From positions 806,001 through 870,000 of the forward strand of contig NW_027270918.1 of NCBI RefSeq assembly GCF_040938485.1: a stretch of 64,000 nt of DNA. The letters are read 5' to 3'. The translations under genes were made by a program, and so were the position numbers. Origin of the DNA: Diadema antillarum (lineage: Eukaryota). Below the pieces are notes generated by a model, which made no database searches, was not told the DNA's origin, and saw only the letters and a list, made by a program, of their open reading frames with translations. Shown piece by piece: positions 34,701 to 47,579 of the stretch (position 1 is the first letter of the stretch; the number at the start of each line of letters is the position of its first letter).

Positions 34701-37700
34701 ATTTATGCTGGGATTTGAACGTTGTACATAAGGTGTGTCTGCATGTCAAAGCTATCTTTTTGGGGAAGGAGATCTTATCTTTTGTATCTGCCACACTAGT
34801 TCCTGTTCAAATGCCATCCTTAAATGTACAGCTCAAGTCAGCGGTGTAATGACCATGAACAATGTCAAACTGGGTCACCCTCATGTCTGATAATGGACAA
34901 TGCATTGTGTTTTAGAGGTTTCTGCATGCAAGTGTCCATTCTGTGTTCAGTATGTGGGGCATTTTGTGCTAGTAATTATGTGATAGAAGTTTATGGTGGT
35001 GGGAACAAGTGCTAGACCAGTGCAGAACGTAGAGTCTCGTCTTGTCTTTTCATCATTGCCGACAAGTAATGACTCAGTATTTTTTGTGCATCATGCGGTT
35101 GCACATCAGTTTGACACCAGTTTCTCATTAATTGGCTATGAAATAGGGGGAAAAAAAGAGAAAAAAAAATATACCCCTACCGTCAAACAGAATTACATTT
35201 GCACTGTAATTGCGAATGTAGCCAGAGCACTTTCTGTAATGATTTCAAAAGAGCTAAGAAGGTTTTGAGTACCGGTACCCAAAATACTTGTACCTTATAG
35301 GCTCATTGAGTACGAGTTTAGTCTTGCACAGAACAGCACAGAAAAGGCTTGTTACATTATGCATAGCAGATTTTGATGCTGTTCTAATGTGGGAGTTGGT
35401 CCATTGTATTGGTCCACTGCCAAAAAGACTTGCCAGATTGTGAATCTGAGAGTTAAAAAGAACCTCTACATCAAATATTTGCTGAAGAAAATGTTGTGGT
35501 CGGTCAATGTTTGTTTTGATTACCTCAGTGAATACTGATAGTCAAACATGCATCACTGTTCCTTTCAACCCTTTGTGAGCTTTGAATGCCGATTGGCACA
35601 GAAAACCCCATACCCTGTACACACTTTCCAAACTCCAATGCAGGAAAAGGGTTTAGGAAATAAAGTTCCTATGATGCATGGTAAAGGCAATTTCAACAAT
35701 GCAACATTGACTTGGGTTTATTGATCTTTTAATGCGAACATTTTTTTCTCCCCAAATGAATTGTGATATGGTACTGATTTGCAGATGAAAGTTATTTCTT
35801 CATCTTATTGAAGTAAGAGCTAAAAATTAAGTTTTTTTTTTCAGAAAAAAAGAGCTATGCAAATACACTGTACATGCATAAATATATGTAGAAAAAAAAA
35901 TAAATACACACACAAAAAAAGAGAGGTTTATACAATAGATTGTAGAACACTGCAAAATGTGACTGATCCAAATCACTTTGGCTTTCTACTTATTTGAACA
36001 TCTACAGTGGATGTATTAAATCCCCATATCAATCATAATGAGACCCTGGTAATATGCTTGCAAGTTTGCAGTCACTCTGTAGCCGAATTTTTACCTAGGT
36101 TGTCATTAAAATATTAAGTTTCTCCTCTTTTCTCTTGTTTTTCCTACCGGTGCAGAGGTTGTTGAGCACATATGCAGTATTACGTCATTACAACTTGGCG
36201 AGACACTACCTTCCATTGCCAAAGACATGGACACCTACACCATGCGTGTGCCCCTTGGAGTCTGCGCCGGCATTACTCCGTAAGTGTGTCTGGCAGTACT
36301 AGATTTGTTTTTGATTTGTCACAGAACAAGGGAGTTTAGAGACACAAGATGGTGAACTGATAAAGTGCACTGAAAACATAGCTGAAAAATACATTGCAAA
36401 CCAATATAGGTTGATACGAGGTGTGTATCTCATACCAGCTGTTGCCAGCAGTGCTGACTTTGCCCAGCTTTATGACACGGTCTTGACTTTTATTTTTCCA
36501 ACAGTGTGATTGTTATCTTTGAACTGTGCTGACTTTCTGCAGTAAAGTGTGTTGTGTGTTTTGGTTTCTGTTTTGTTTTTGTTTTTGAAGGATTCCAAGT
36601 TCACTAGAGTTTAAACTGTATAGTATGCCATAGTTTGTTCTAGCCATGAAGAGAAAATGCAAATTACATTGTAAGCGTGTGACTGTTGGCGGGTTTTCTC
36701 TTGTTAGTTTGTTTATGCACACTGTGTGATGACAGCTTCGCGATGTTGTTTACCCAGTATGTGACCATTGTACCTGTTGTTAATAAGCATAGTGTCATGT
36801 ACATGTACATCAAACAATCACAAATGCCTGAAGTGCAGAATGTTACCACAATGAAGCGACTAAGGCCATTTCGCTTTGGGATGCCAATTGAAAGTTCTGC
36901 CCTGCTTTGCTTCCCCTTCCCTTACAAATTAACCTCTCTGTGCCATAATGTAAAGTTATATGGACCGTGATGTGAGAAAAGGGCCCTTAGCGCTGTCGCG
37001 TACAAACCCCATAAAATGGCATGGAAGTTTGACAAAGCAATACGTGCCCCCCAAAAAGAAAAAAAGATCAGCTAGCTATGTGTGTGCGCATTCATAGATG
37101 CATCAAAAAGTTGCAAAATATAGACAGAAGATGCTTTTTTAAATGTCATAATAGGGGCACTTAGGAGTGGAATTTTGCATATCGAAGTATATCAGAGTTC
37201 ATTCTACAATGTGGCTGTGAAAACTCATTTTTTGTATTTATGCCCTGAAGGCCCTTTCCTCGCATCACGGCCCATATGTATCTTTTTTTTTCATTTATAA
37301 TTTATGATCATAATGTAGAGTCACTATATCTGTTTGTAGATACCAGTGAAATGTTCCTTATTAGAGAGAAATACAACTCCATACAACGTGACCATTATAT
37401 TTGTAGAGGAATATCAGATGAACAAAATGCTGAAGGTTTATTCAACTGATGATATTAAGTAAGAAAGTCCTGGAATTTTAGAGTTATGTGTGTTTTCCAG
37501 TCACAGAGCTGTCAAACATAAATTTCACATATGCAAATCAGATGAGGTAATGGAAGTCATCAATCTTAATTATACAAATTCCTGCTATCATTCACACATT
37601 TTGTCTCTTCTCATAGATTCAATTTCCCAGCCATGATTCCACTATGGGTAAGTATAAGCCTAGTAATCTCTTTGTCTTCCCTATCAAATGATGACTGATT

Positions 37701-40700
37701 TAATTCAAATGGGATATATTCATGCAGGCATTTGGAGAAGAGTCTCAACAAGTTTATGTTCAAAACTACCATCAGAACAGGGGAGAGTTATGTGAACAAC
37801 TTCCAAACCTGCCAACCATTCTGACTTTGCAGAAAAGAATCAGAATTTTGATCATTCCCAGCTCTTGTTTCAATAGGAGTTTCCTATCTTTCTTCATAAC
37901 TTTCCTACACACTTCCTATAGGAACTGATCTTTCTTTCCTACTTTGGATCCAAATCATCCTTACTTTTCAGTCAGAAAGGTTGGGAGGTCTGGACTTTAC
38001 GGAATCAATAGTGGAGGGGAATGAGTCCTTGTATGTTCAGGTTTCAGACAAATGGTTTCATCATTTCTTCTCTTGAGGTGTAGACCTACAGGAGGGAATT
38101 TCATTCATAGCAGCAATCTTATCAATAGTGGGGGTTTAGAGCACGTAACTAAAGTGTTAAAGAGAGGCATACAAGTTGATTAGATCCTGTTCATTTTGAA
38201 AGTCTCTTTGGAAGGATTAGAAAACAAAATGTCTTTGATACATATTGATTCTTGAGCATTGCCTGCACTGCTATTTTCATTGCTAGTATCAAGGAAACTG
38301 TAATTATCTCCTCCCTTGTAATAATTTTGAGCAAAGTGGATATGTAGCTCAGTATACAAGATCATTAAGATAGAGGACCGGGTTGTTTGATTCTGTATTA
38401 GGAATATGGTATAATGCTGTTGTAAAGTGGTGAATCACATACTGAATCAAAAGCAGATTTGCAAGGTTTTAAAGCTGTATGACCTATGCTGTATAGCTGG
38501 ATATCTGTGCCAATGTCACTGTAAAGGGACTTCTTGCAATATTTTCTCGGTCTGCAGATGTTTCCTGTGGCAGCCGTGGCAGGAAACACTGTGGTGATGA
38601 AGCCTTCTGAGAGGGACCCTGGAGCGTGTATGCTGCTTGCAGAGCTAGCCAAGGAGGCGGGATTACCAGATGGCGTTCTCAACATTATCCATGGCCAGCA
38701 TGATGGTGAGATGATTTTCAACTACGAATTGTTGGATGCGTCAAAAGTAAACTTCTCTGGACAGAAAAAAAAAGATATTAATTGAGTAAAATTTTCTCAT
38801 GAGCTGAAAAAAAAGTTGTATCAATGCCATACAATTTGAATGTCACACAGGGACTGTCTTGGCTGAATGGTTTAAGACCATACGGTTTCAATTGTGGGCT
38901 TCCATGTGCTTGTGAGGTTTTAGTCCCAGCACGGCAGTAGTACCCTTTGGAAAGGCACTTCATCCTCACTGCCAAATCTTTTGCAGGAGACTTTGAGCCA
39001 TCTGTAATGTGTTTATGAAAGCTATGCAAAATTTGTACCTTCTGCACGTGAAAGAACCCATCCAAAGAGCTGGATGAAATCCCGTTGAAGTAGTCAAAAA
39101 AAAAAAAATGAGTGATATCTGCAAGAATTTTCATGACTGAACGGGGCATATTACCATCGAAGAATAGGAAGAAGAAGAGTACCTTATCTTCATTAGCTCA
39201 TGAACTTCTTTCTCTCCATAGATTTAATTTGCCAACAATGATGCCATTTTGGGTTACAGTGAGAGGTATCATTACAGTTGTTTGACAGGCAGCATCAATA
39301 CTAAAAGTTTGGGGATGGGGACGGATTTTGTTTGTGCTTCATTGTAATTTTAATACACAGTTTGTCAGTTTGTCTGTAAGTATTTCTTTGCCCAAACACT
39401 CTGTCGTTACTCTGCAGGCTTCTTCATTGTCATATGTGTACCTACTATAAAACAAACAAAAGCAAGCAAACAAAACTTGTGCAGTGAATGTTTTGTAGGA
39501 TTTATATTTTTAGGAAATTGTATAGGTTATCTTGAGGAAAGTAAGGAGGAAGTTTGCTTACAGGATTAGAATGACTACATTCACTATAAGTATAAAAAAA
39601 TGAAAATAATGCATATTTGCAAACTATCTAAATGCTTCCTTGATGTTGGAGTATGCATTTTACAACATCTCGAGTGTTCTTCTTCATTATTATGAAAAAT
39701 GCAGCTGTGAACTTTGTATGTGACCACCCACTCATCCGGGCTGTCTCCTTTGTGGGCTCGGACCAGGCCGGCGTCTACATCCACGAGCGGGCCAGCAAGA
39801 ATGGCAAGCGGGTGCAGTGCAACATGGGGGCCAAGAACCACGGTGTCATCATGCCCGACGCCAACAAGGAGAACACACTCAACCAGGTGGGTGTGGTCCC
39901 ACTCCCTCAAAACAGAACGAAGCTAGAAAAGCACTCTTGAGAGCGCAGACCTCCACCAAGCAGCTCATTTCCACCACTGATCTTGTTCTGCCATGGAGAT
40001 CAGTGATTTCCATCCATACGTATGCATGCTGATAATCGCCCAATTTCCCAATATAGAAGCCTTTTGTTACGTCATCAACTTCCAGCTGTGCTGTGTGCCG
40101 TGCCCCAGCAGAAACTAGAGCATGCACTTTAGTGCGCATATGAAAACCTTTAAAAATGCGCAGCTTGAACTCTCAAATTCATTGACCCTATCTGCAAAAA
40201 CAACAAAATTCCTTCAAAAATCCATCAAAATTCCCAGATCATTACCAAAATTTAATCATCTGTTCCTTGTGTCATGATCAACTTTTCCTGCAAGTTTCAT
40301 CCATATCTATCCTCAACTTTTTGAGGTATTTTGCACACAGACAAACAAACAAACGAACCAATGCGGATCAAAACGTAGCCTCCTTCCTTGGCAGGGGTAA
40401 CAAAGGGGAAAATATTCAAGTGAGAGACAGTTTGATGTCCTGTTCAAAGCCACTGCTCTTGTATTCTGTGTGTAAGTTGGAGGAACTATGTAAGTCATTT
40501 AAAATTGGTGCTTGCATGATTGAGTAAGTAGGGTTAGAGATTCATATACCTTATAACTGTGTAGAGGACTGTGCAAGACACAGTCAAACGTTTACATGAG
40601 GTCACTGCTGGGATCTGAAGGTTGATATGCAATGGTGTTTGCTGTTTAAACTTGGATAATGTCTCCATTGTGTCAAAAAATTCAAAAGCGTACAAAATCA

Positions 40701-43700
40701 CACAAAATTCCTCGAAGCAAAATAAAACATACACAAATTGCAAACTTATCATACTTTATGTAGAGATATCTCTGCTGTGACAATTTTTGTGATCTTGTGC
40801 AAGAAGGTTGATATGCAATCATGTTTGTTTTTAGATGCGAACAATGTCTCCATCCTTTAGAAATAAAATTACCCAATGTTCCCCAAACAAATTAAAACGC
40901 TGATATCAAACTTTATCGCTTTCATTCTTACAATTTATAATGCAATATAGTTCTGTTCACTATCTTCTGTTGGTCTTTGTCTTCCCTTTATAAAACCAAT
41001 ATGTGACCGTGCATTTCATAACCAACAAAAAGTCACAGGCCTTGATTTTATGAGAAGACTCAAAGTGGGTGAAATAGCACAACCTAATCAATCTTGAGTT
41101 GTTCATATTTTCTGAATAAGCAATTCCTTTTCTACCTCATTCTAAAATGTGGGATCATAAAACGAACTGCGATTTTGGCAGTTTTTCCATAGCCCTTTTT
41201 AGAGTACACTTTTTATTTCTTAAAAACCCTTACACACTGTTCACTTTCAACTCCAATAACTTTTGAAAAGACGGTGCTACTGCTTTGAAAGTTGGTATCA
41301 GTCATGGATAGATTGTGTTTATAGAGCATGCTCAATGTCGGCTTAATCTGATAATCCCTTCATTGTTGTTGCTGAGGAGTTTTACATCCCTTTTATTTGT
41401 CCCATTCATGGCATAGAGAGCACAGCTTGTAAAGATTAAGCACCTGAATAAACCCTATACGTAAGAGCCTCTTTTCTGAGTACACAATTTCCAGAGAGTG
41501 TGCTTTCTTTCCAATATTTAGATAGATCAGGAGAGTCCATTTCAATTTAGTTGAATATGTATCTTTTTATAGCTTAAAGTGTACTCTTGCAGAATCCGCC
41601 CTTTACTAATCATCCATGTCTGGTGACTTTTTGTTGGCTTTGTGATGTAGGGTCACATGTGTGACCTTTGAATCCTTGATGTTTCAATAGTGCTTCTCTC
41701 TGTCTCTATATTTACCAGTTGTGTGGAGCTGCCTTCGGTGCGGCCGGTCAGAGGTGCATGGCACTGTCCACTGCTGTCTTTGTCGGTGAGGCCAAGGAAT
41801 GGATCCCAGAGCTCATCGACCGGGCCAAGGCGCTGAAAGTTGATGCTGGTGAGCATGAACTTTCACTCGTTCTCCTTGATCTGTAGGAATGGTTGTCAAG
41901 AACACTTCCATTTTTTGTTTTTACACAGTGTCAGTAAAGGTGGCAACAAGCCTTGGTTTCCTTAAAGGACAAGTTCACCTTCATAAACATAAGGATTGAG
42001 AAAATGCAACAATATTAGTAGAACACATCAGTGAAAGTTTGAGGAAAATTGGACAATCGATGCAAAAGTTATGAATTTTTAAAATTTTTGTGTTGGAACC
42101 GCTGGATGAGGAGACTACTACAGCTTGTGAGTCATATGCGTACAACAGTATAAAGAAAATATAAAAGAAAATTCAACATATTTTCACTTTTTTGGCATAA
42201 TAAAAGAGCAATTGACTTGCCTCTTTCTAAAGGCAGGGGGAATAATATTACCCATAACATTTATCGGTAACGAGTCAGGGGAATGTGTACTTTTTTCAAA
42301 AGATGGAATTTTGTGAAATTCTCTTTATATTTTCCTTATATTGTTGTACGCATGTGACATCTAAGTTATTCATACACTGCAGTAGTCTTCTCATCCAGCG
42401 GGTACTGCACAAAAACTTCAAAAATTCATAACTTTTGAACGGATTGTCTGATTTTCCTCAAACTTTCAATGATGTGTTCTACTAATATTGCTACATTCTC
42501 TCAATCCTTATGTTTATGAAGGTGAACTTGTCCTTTAAAGTAGCATTGTAGTTTCATTAAATCTGCCAAGTGATCAGACTGGTAACAAGTGTAGATATCC
42601 TAGCTCAGGGTTCATTTTTAGGCTTGCCTGTTTCCAAAGCTCAGATAATTTTAAGATTGATATTACTGAGAAAGGCGTCTGGAGAGGTTACTTCACTAAA
42701 AATAGGGACATGAAGTGTCCTCAAGGGACGAACATGTATGTAGGATGGAGGCTACACTCCGGTTTAAATTTGTTTTTCATCTTTGATGAGTGCCGCATCC
42801 CCTGATACTCATGTTTCCTTCTAAGCTCCCCCTCCCCCTCTCCCTCCCCCTCCCCCAAGATTAAGTTTGTGAATATCAGCTGCAAAGTCTGTAAGATTCT
42901 GCAGGATGCTGGAGGAAAGTGTAGAAATCTCTGCATGTCCTAATAACAAAACCTGAATATAACTCCTGTTCGTCGATTTGGATGCATGTAACAGGCAAGC
43001 ATCTCCGTGATTGTTCTTTGGGGCTTCCCTGGTTTTTGATGTGTGGATGTCAGCAGCTGTGGAATACACCCTGCATTAAGATCGTTGACCTTGTAGGGGT
43101 TCTTCTTGTCCTCTGTCATGCCAGGTGACCAGCCCGGAGCTGACCTCGGTCCCCTGATCTCGCCCCAGGCCAAGTCCAGAGTCTGTGAGCTCATCCAGAC
43201 CGGAGTGGACGAAGGGGCGGAGCTCCTCCTCGATGGTAGGGACATTTCGGTCAAGGGATACGAAAATGGAAATTTTGTCGGACCAACCGTCATCTCTTCA
43301 GTCACGGTAAATTGCTTTTTTACTTTGCTCTCGTTTTCAATGGTCACAGTATTGTTTTGGCTTCTTGTTTTTTATGGTATCATTATTAAAGTTTTTTGTT
43401 GTTTTGTTTTGTTTCATGTATTTGTAAGTCTTAGGACCGATGTTCAATGACCAGGTATTGTTTATGCAGTACAGTGATCATGAAGATTCCAGTCTTGATG
43501 ACAACGGCACCCTTTACAAGTTCAAATGACTTTAATGTGTAGGAAGATTTCACAATCAAGGTGCATTTTCATCTAGAGTATTAAGGATAACCATGATAAC
43601 TAACATGAGAAAGTTGTAATGGCCATCTATATAATGAAATTGCATGTATATTTATGAATATTTTTTTTGGGTAAAGTCTATGTGTATTGGCATCCAAATA

Positions 43701-45275
43701 TGATGAGAGAAAATAATTTAGATTGTGGTAGGTCTCTGCAAGAGAGGCAATTCTTTTTTTAGATGCCATTTCTGGCACAACATTTGAAGACACCACAGAG
43801 CACTTGAAGAATGCTTAGTATGTATCCATGTCGCTTGTGAAGTATAACTTCACATTATACTTGTGTGCCCTAATTTAAACAAACTCCAAAATGAGCAAAT
43901 ATTTGCAGACCCAGAGTGGTACTGACATATGTGTCTTTATCATCAGGTCAAACTTTGGTTAAGAAAGATTTACAGAGAACCATCACTATAATTTTTTCAT
44001 CCCCCTTCTGGTTCCACAGTGATGACATATTTTTCCTTCTTTTTATTATCCCCAACTCTCTGCTTCTTCAGACCGACATGACATGCTACAAGGAGGAGAT
44101 CTTCGGACCCGTTCTGGTCATTCTCAACGTCGACACCCTGGATGATGCCATTGACCTGATCAACAACAACCCCTATGGCAATGGGACGGCCATCTTCACC
44201 ACAAACGGTGCCACCGCCCGGACCTACACAGAGAAAATCGATGTGGGCCAGGTGAGATGGATGAGGAATGTAGTGACTACAAAACAAAAGGGGGAGGGAA
44301 TTTTGTGTTAGGTAACAGTACATGGTACTTGTGGTTTACATTTGCAGTTAATTTATGGAGGGATCACTGAATTTATGTGCTTCATTCATTCACTAGTACT
44401 GCATACCACCAGCCACTAGATTCAAAATCAAACAGCAACCAAAAACAAAAACAAAAAACCAAACTCTCTTACAATGAAAGAAATGCCAATGCAGGTTGCC
44501 CATGACCTTCAGATTTTGACTTAATTTTTGTGGCCACACTTAAGTGTTAATACATATTTGAGTACCTCGGGTAGTGTGTGTTGTGAATGCTGAAGATCTG
44601 GAAACTCTGCAAAATGAGTAAATTACAATAGTACGGTGTCTTAGACATTGCTCTGTCTTGCATAGCAATATTTCATGTTGTATGGTAAAGTTGTACAGTA
44701 AAATTCTTCGCAGTGGTAGTGGAGAAGGAGACATCACATTGTTATCAAAGGTTTTCTCATTGGAATAGGTACCAGAGGAGTTCTTTGACATTTTGGCAGC
44801 AATATCCAAATTCTTGGAAGACTAAACAGGCAGAACAGAGTAAATATTTGGAAAAGGCACAGATTCCATCATTAGAACATATACTGTCAAACACAGTGAT
44901 GTTTAACACTTGGACATTACAGATTTGTGTATTTTTCCCCATTGATGTCACACTGGATTTGGCTACCAGTAAAGTCATCAATATTTAACACTAATGCAAC
45001 CAAGGCATCAGTGTTGTAATTGTTGAACACCTTCTTCATGATGTCTCTATCCATTTCTCTGCCACATGCGCCAGGTCGGCATCAACGTTCCGATCCCCGT
45101 ACCGCTGCCCATGTTCTCCTTCACCGGCTCGCGGGGGTCGTTCCGCGGCGACACCAACTTCTACGGCAAGCAGGGCCTCCAGTTTTACACCCAGGTGAAG
45201 ACGATCACCCAGCTCTGGAGGTCGGAGGATGTCAGCCACACCAAAGCAGCTGTTGCCATGCCAGTGATGAAGTAG
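25686..45275 (+). CDS. ALDH6A1: Methylmalonate-semialdehyde dehydrogenase (acylating), mitochondrial; 13 exons, 1584 nt, 527 aa
   Basis: Exons 25686-25730, 30746-30790, 32053-32127, 32462-32623, 34263-34341, 36156-36279, 37617-37647, 38558-38705, 39705-39886, 41719-41848, 43125-43306, 44072-44251, 45075-45275 are all GT-AG and in frame. Motifs: Arg-rich acid-free leader, [22 protein letters not shown] (Asn at the ALDH general-base Glu position, typical of ALDH6), GQRCMA catalytic Cys, EEIFGP. Confidence 0.96.
26954..27615 (-). pseudogene. Decayed K/E-rich + C-terminal PHD finger reading frame, probably the C-terminus of a DNA transposase (pogo-like), inside ALDH6A1 intron 1
   Basis: Minus strand 27130-26954 reads [58 protein letters not shown], a complete C4HC3. 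The upstream frame 27615-27193 reads [41 protein letters not shown]... and the two are separated by stops/shifts near A-runs. Confidence 0.75.
28869..29049. mobile_element. Palindromic MITE with GGGCCCC...TTTCATAAA termini (Harbinger-like); diverged relative at 55122-55232
   Basis: CCTGGGCCCCGTTTCATAAA...TTTATGAAATGGGGCCCAGG. Confidence 0.65.
29221..29687. mobile_element. GC-rich element with CTTTCAGTAAC inverted termini
   Basis: CTTTCAGTAACTC...GGTTACTGAAAG; internal direct repeat CCCATTCATAAACTC. Confidence 0.55.
30746..30790 (+). CDS. ALDH6A1: ALDH6A1 exon 2 (leader)
   Basis: ttattccag|[15 protein letters not shown]|GTGAGT, phase 0/0. Confidence 0.7.
32053..32127 (+). CDS. ALDH6A1: ALDH6A1 exon 3
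   Basis: [25 protein letters not shown]. Confidence 0.93.
32462..32623 (+). CDS. ALDH6A1: ALDH6A1 exon 4
   Basis: [10 protein letters not shown]...QHLIKENL. Confidence 0.95.
33110..33295. repeat. Degenerate (GAT/ATG)n microsatellite
   Basis: Trinucleotide periodicity. Confidence 0.8.
34263..34341 (+). CDS. ALDH6A1: ALDH6A1 exon 5
   Basis: [26 protein letters not shown]; donor GTAAGT. Confidence 0.95.
36156..36279 (+). CDS. ALDH6A1: ALDH6A1 exon 6
   Basis: [25 protein letters not shown]...[10 protein letters not shown]. Confidence 0.95.
36962..37273. mobile_element. MITE with ATAT target duplication (Sola1-like)
   Basis: ATAT|GGACCGTGATGTGAGAAAAGGGCC...GGCCCTTTCCTCGCATCACGGCCC|ATAT. Confidence 0.75.
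37617..37647 (+). CDS. ALDH6A1: ALDH6A1 exon 7 (31-nt micro-exon)
   Basis: ctcatag|A TTC AAT TTC CCA GCC ATG ATT CCA CTA TGG|GTAAGT = (P)[10 protein letters not shown]. Confidence 0.93.
37804..37992. mobile_element. MITE with C(A)nACCTGCCAACC termini; related end at about 61385-61500
   Basis: CAAACCTGCCAACCATTCTGACT...AGTCAGAAAGGTTGGGAGGTCTG. Confidence 0.6.
38558..38705 (+). CDS. ALDH6A1: ALDH6A1 exon 8
   Basis: [22 protein letters not shown]...IIHGQHD. Confidence 0.95.
38850..39108 (+). mobile_element. Degraded tRNA-derived SINE
   Basis: A-box-like TGGCTGAATGG (38860), B-box-like GGTTTTAGTCC (38916), CCCTTTGGAAAGGCACTT body, 3' A-run. Confidence 0.5.
39705..39886 (+). CDS. ALDH6A1: ALDH6A1 exon 9
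   Basis: VNFVCDHP...SFVGSDQAG...CNMGAKNHG...TLNQ. Confidence 0.95.
40185..40400 (+). mobile_element. Helentron-associated (DINE/Pearl-like) element 3' part
   Basis: (ACAA)n microsatellite followed by AAAACGTAGCCTCCTTCCTTGGCAGGGGTAA, similar to the CCTCCTTGGCGGAGGTAA terminal hairpin of this class. Confidence 0.55.
41003..41656. mobile_element. MITE with GTGACC termini, ATAT/ATGT flanks (Sola1-like)
   Basis: GTGACCGTGCATTTCATAACCAACAAAAAGTCAC...GTGACTTTTTGTTGGCTTTGTGATGTAGGGTCAC. Confidence 0.7.
41719..41848 (+). CDS. ALDH6A1: ALDH6A1 exon 10 (catalytic Cys)
   Basis: [18 protein letters not shown]...LKVDA. Confidence 0.95.
41966..42534. mobile_element. TTAA-flanked MITE (family C, Kolobok/T2-like), 569 bp
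   Basis: TTAA|AGGACAAGTTCACCTTCATAAACATAAGGATTGAG...CTCAATCCTTATGTTTATGAAGGTGAACTTGTCCT|TTAA. Confidence 0.92.
43125..43306 (+). CDS. ALDH6A1: ALDH6A1 exon 11
   Basis: [16 protein letters not shown]...[14 protein letters not shown]. Confidence 0.95.
44072..44251 (+). CDS. ALDH6A1: ALDH6A1 exon 12
   Basis: [15 protein letters not shown]...[14 protein letters not shown]...DVGQ. Confidence 0.95.
45075..45275 (+). CDS. ALDH6A1: ALDH6A1 exon 13 (last coding)
   Basis: [26 protein letters not shown]...AMPVMK*. Confidence 0.95.
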   Translation, partial: VGINVPIPVPLPMFSFTGSRGSFRGDTNFYGKQGLQFYTQVKTITQLWRSEDVSHTKAAVAMPVMK

Positions 45276-45940
45276 ATTGCGCAATCCCTTCCAGATGGAA
45301 AACAACAATCATCAGAGAGTTTTAATACGACTTTTTAAATAACCACGGAAATGATATATGGAAGGGTGGTAAGCTATGTGTTCTATTTCTCATTTTCACT
45401 TCTATTTTGTTTGACAGGGTTAGTGCGTAAGGGGCTGTTTTTTAATGTCTATTCGAATGTTAGAAATGTAATCTTTGAGTGACTCTTAAGGGGATATGGC
45501 TTGGTGGGAGCAGTATATTTCTATTCGACGATTGAAACACTGATGGCAATAATATACTTACATATCATTTTGAGGGTTTTAATTTTTTTTCAGGGTTAAT
45601 CCAAATGAAAGTAATCATGCTTTTTTGAAATCAGAACCTCTCTTGGAGAAGCATACTTATGTGCATGGTGTAATCACATGGATGTAATAGTGTGTCATCA
45701 CTTTGTATACAATTTTGTCCTTGAGGCATGCTATGATTAAGTGTTGATGACAGTGGTGTAGAAATGATTCTACTTTTTGTGTTTACTCATCGTTTTTATA
45801 ACAATATGCTGGTGAATGTGCTCTGTTGTGTCGTTAATTACTATATAAGCCAAATGCTGAGTGGATTGATGCCAAAAGAGTGTATTTGTGTATGAGAGCA
45901 CTGATTTGCTCTGAAGGTATCAAATGTACAGTACAGTGTA

Positions 45941-45973
<33 letters not shown>

Positions 45974-47406
45974 CAAATGAACCAGCTGAAGTTATTTTCA
46001 GTAATTGCATTTTCAGTTATTACATTTTCTGTAGTTACATTTTCAGTAATTGGCCACACATCAATTAACTAACAACAATGAAGTTCTGTCAGTCAGCTGT
46101 ATTGTATTGCTGCACATCCGAAAATGTTATCACATATGTGTACAGCATTTTTTAATCAGGAATTCAGATGTACGTTTAGCTAATCTGAAAGTGTCTAGAT
46201 GTTGTTGACAATCTGTTCATCACTGATAGACTTTTTTTTTTCTTTCATGTAAGTCAAACTAAAAATTGTGTGCTGTATGATCTTCATCTTCACTACTCAT
46301 ACCCCAGAAAAATATATTATCTGCTGTATTCAGACATAAAAAGTCTCTAAAATTTCTTTTTAGCAAATACTAGAGAATGAAGCATTATATTTTTTTGTCT
46401 GTAGTTATGTAGGAGAGAAACTTCCGAACTGATGTTCTCCCCCCCCCCCCCCCTTGTTCTCATCTCCCTCCCCCCTCCCAATTATGTCAAGCCTAGGAGA
46501 TATAGGACATTGTATATACATCTTGTACAAGTCAAACTCTGGAAATGATGCATTTCATTGTTTCCGCACTATCAAGGAATAAACAGTTTGGCCAAAAAAA
46601 CACAACCATTCATTGAGTCCAGTGAACCAAGTCCCTTGTGCTGCAATGAGTACAAGCTAACTTGCAAGACAACTCAGAAACTTTTCGTTGTATTATCATC
46701 TTTCACTTCTGAGTAACAATTAGTTGGGACACTGACAGATTTGGGATTGAGGTAGGGGTGGGAAATGGAAGCTGGTTTGAAACTTGTAAATTGTCTCCAG
46801 CACAAAGTGAGCTATGAGCTGTACATGATCTCTTTAACTGATGGCAAGGCATACCTGCACCTTTTTATTGGTGTAATTTGCAATATTTTAGAGCTGCAGC
46901 ACTTAGAGGACAGATTAAACGCAAAATGATACTGCATCTGTGGGTGTCACGGCAGCAGTGAAACAGGGATGAGGGCGTATTATCTGTGATGGTTTGCTCC
47001 CGAGCATTCCTGTATGCATGACAGAAAACTTGACGATTCTGGATACGTTTGGTGACAACTGTACCGTCATATTGTCCATTTATGATGAGACATGTAGTCA
47101 AGTCATTTTGCCTGAATCAGAATGGATGGCTTCCCCCAAGGAGTATGTGCCATAATTGGCATGGATTAAATCTAGCACATGTGGTGTGAGATTTGCGATG
47201 ATATTTGAGCGATATCGAGTGGTTATGTCGTATCTTTCTGTGGCCCAATCATGAATGGCATCAACGATAATGTTGCAAAACCATTTTTGTGTGTATGAAA
47301 AGCGAGTACTGCCATACAACTGATTGTATTGTACATGTTATACAATGCCACAACTTATGTTCTTTTTTTTTTGAAGTAGACATTTATGCGCACCTATTTT
47401 CCTATG

Positions 47407-47412
47407 AATAAA
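47407..47412 (+). terminator. Candidate ALDH6A1 polyadenylation signal
   Basis: AATAAA followed by a GT/T-rich tract; alternative AATAAA at 46578-46583. Confidence 0.35.
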
Positions 47413-47579
47413 CATCAATATTGCTGAAAATGAACAAAATTTGAGTGTGAATGTGATTTTGTTTTTTCACTTTAGCTTCAAATTTCTGTTTTTCTGTTTG
47501 TTGAGAATGCAACATGGTGCACACAAAAAAGGTATACATGTTATACAAATGTCGAATGTTTAATAGTGCAATGAACAGA

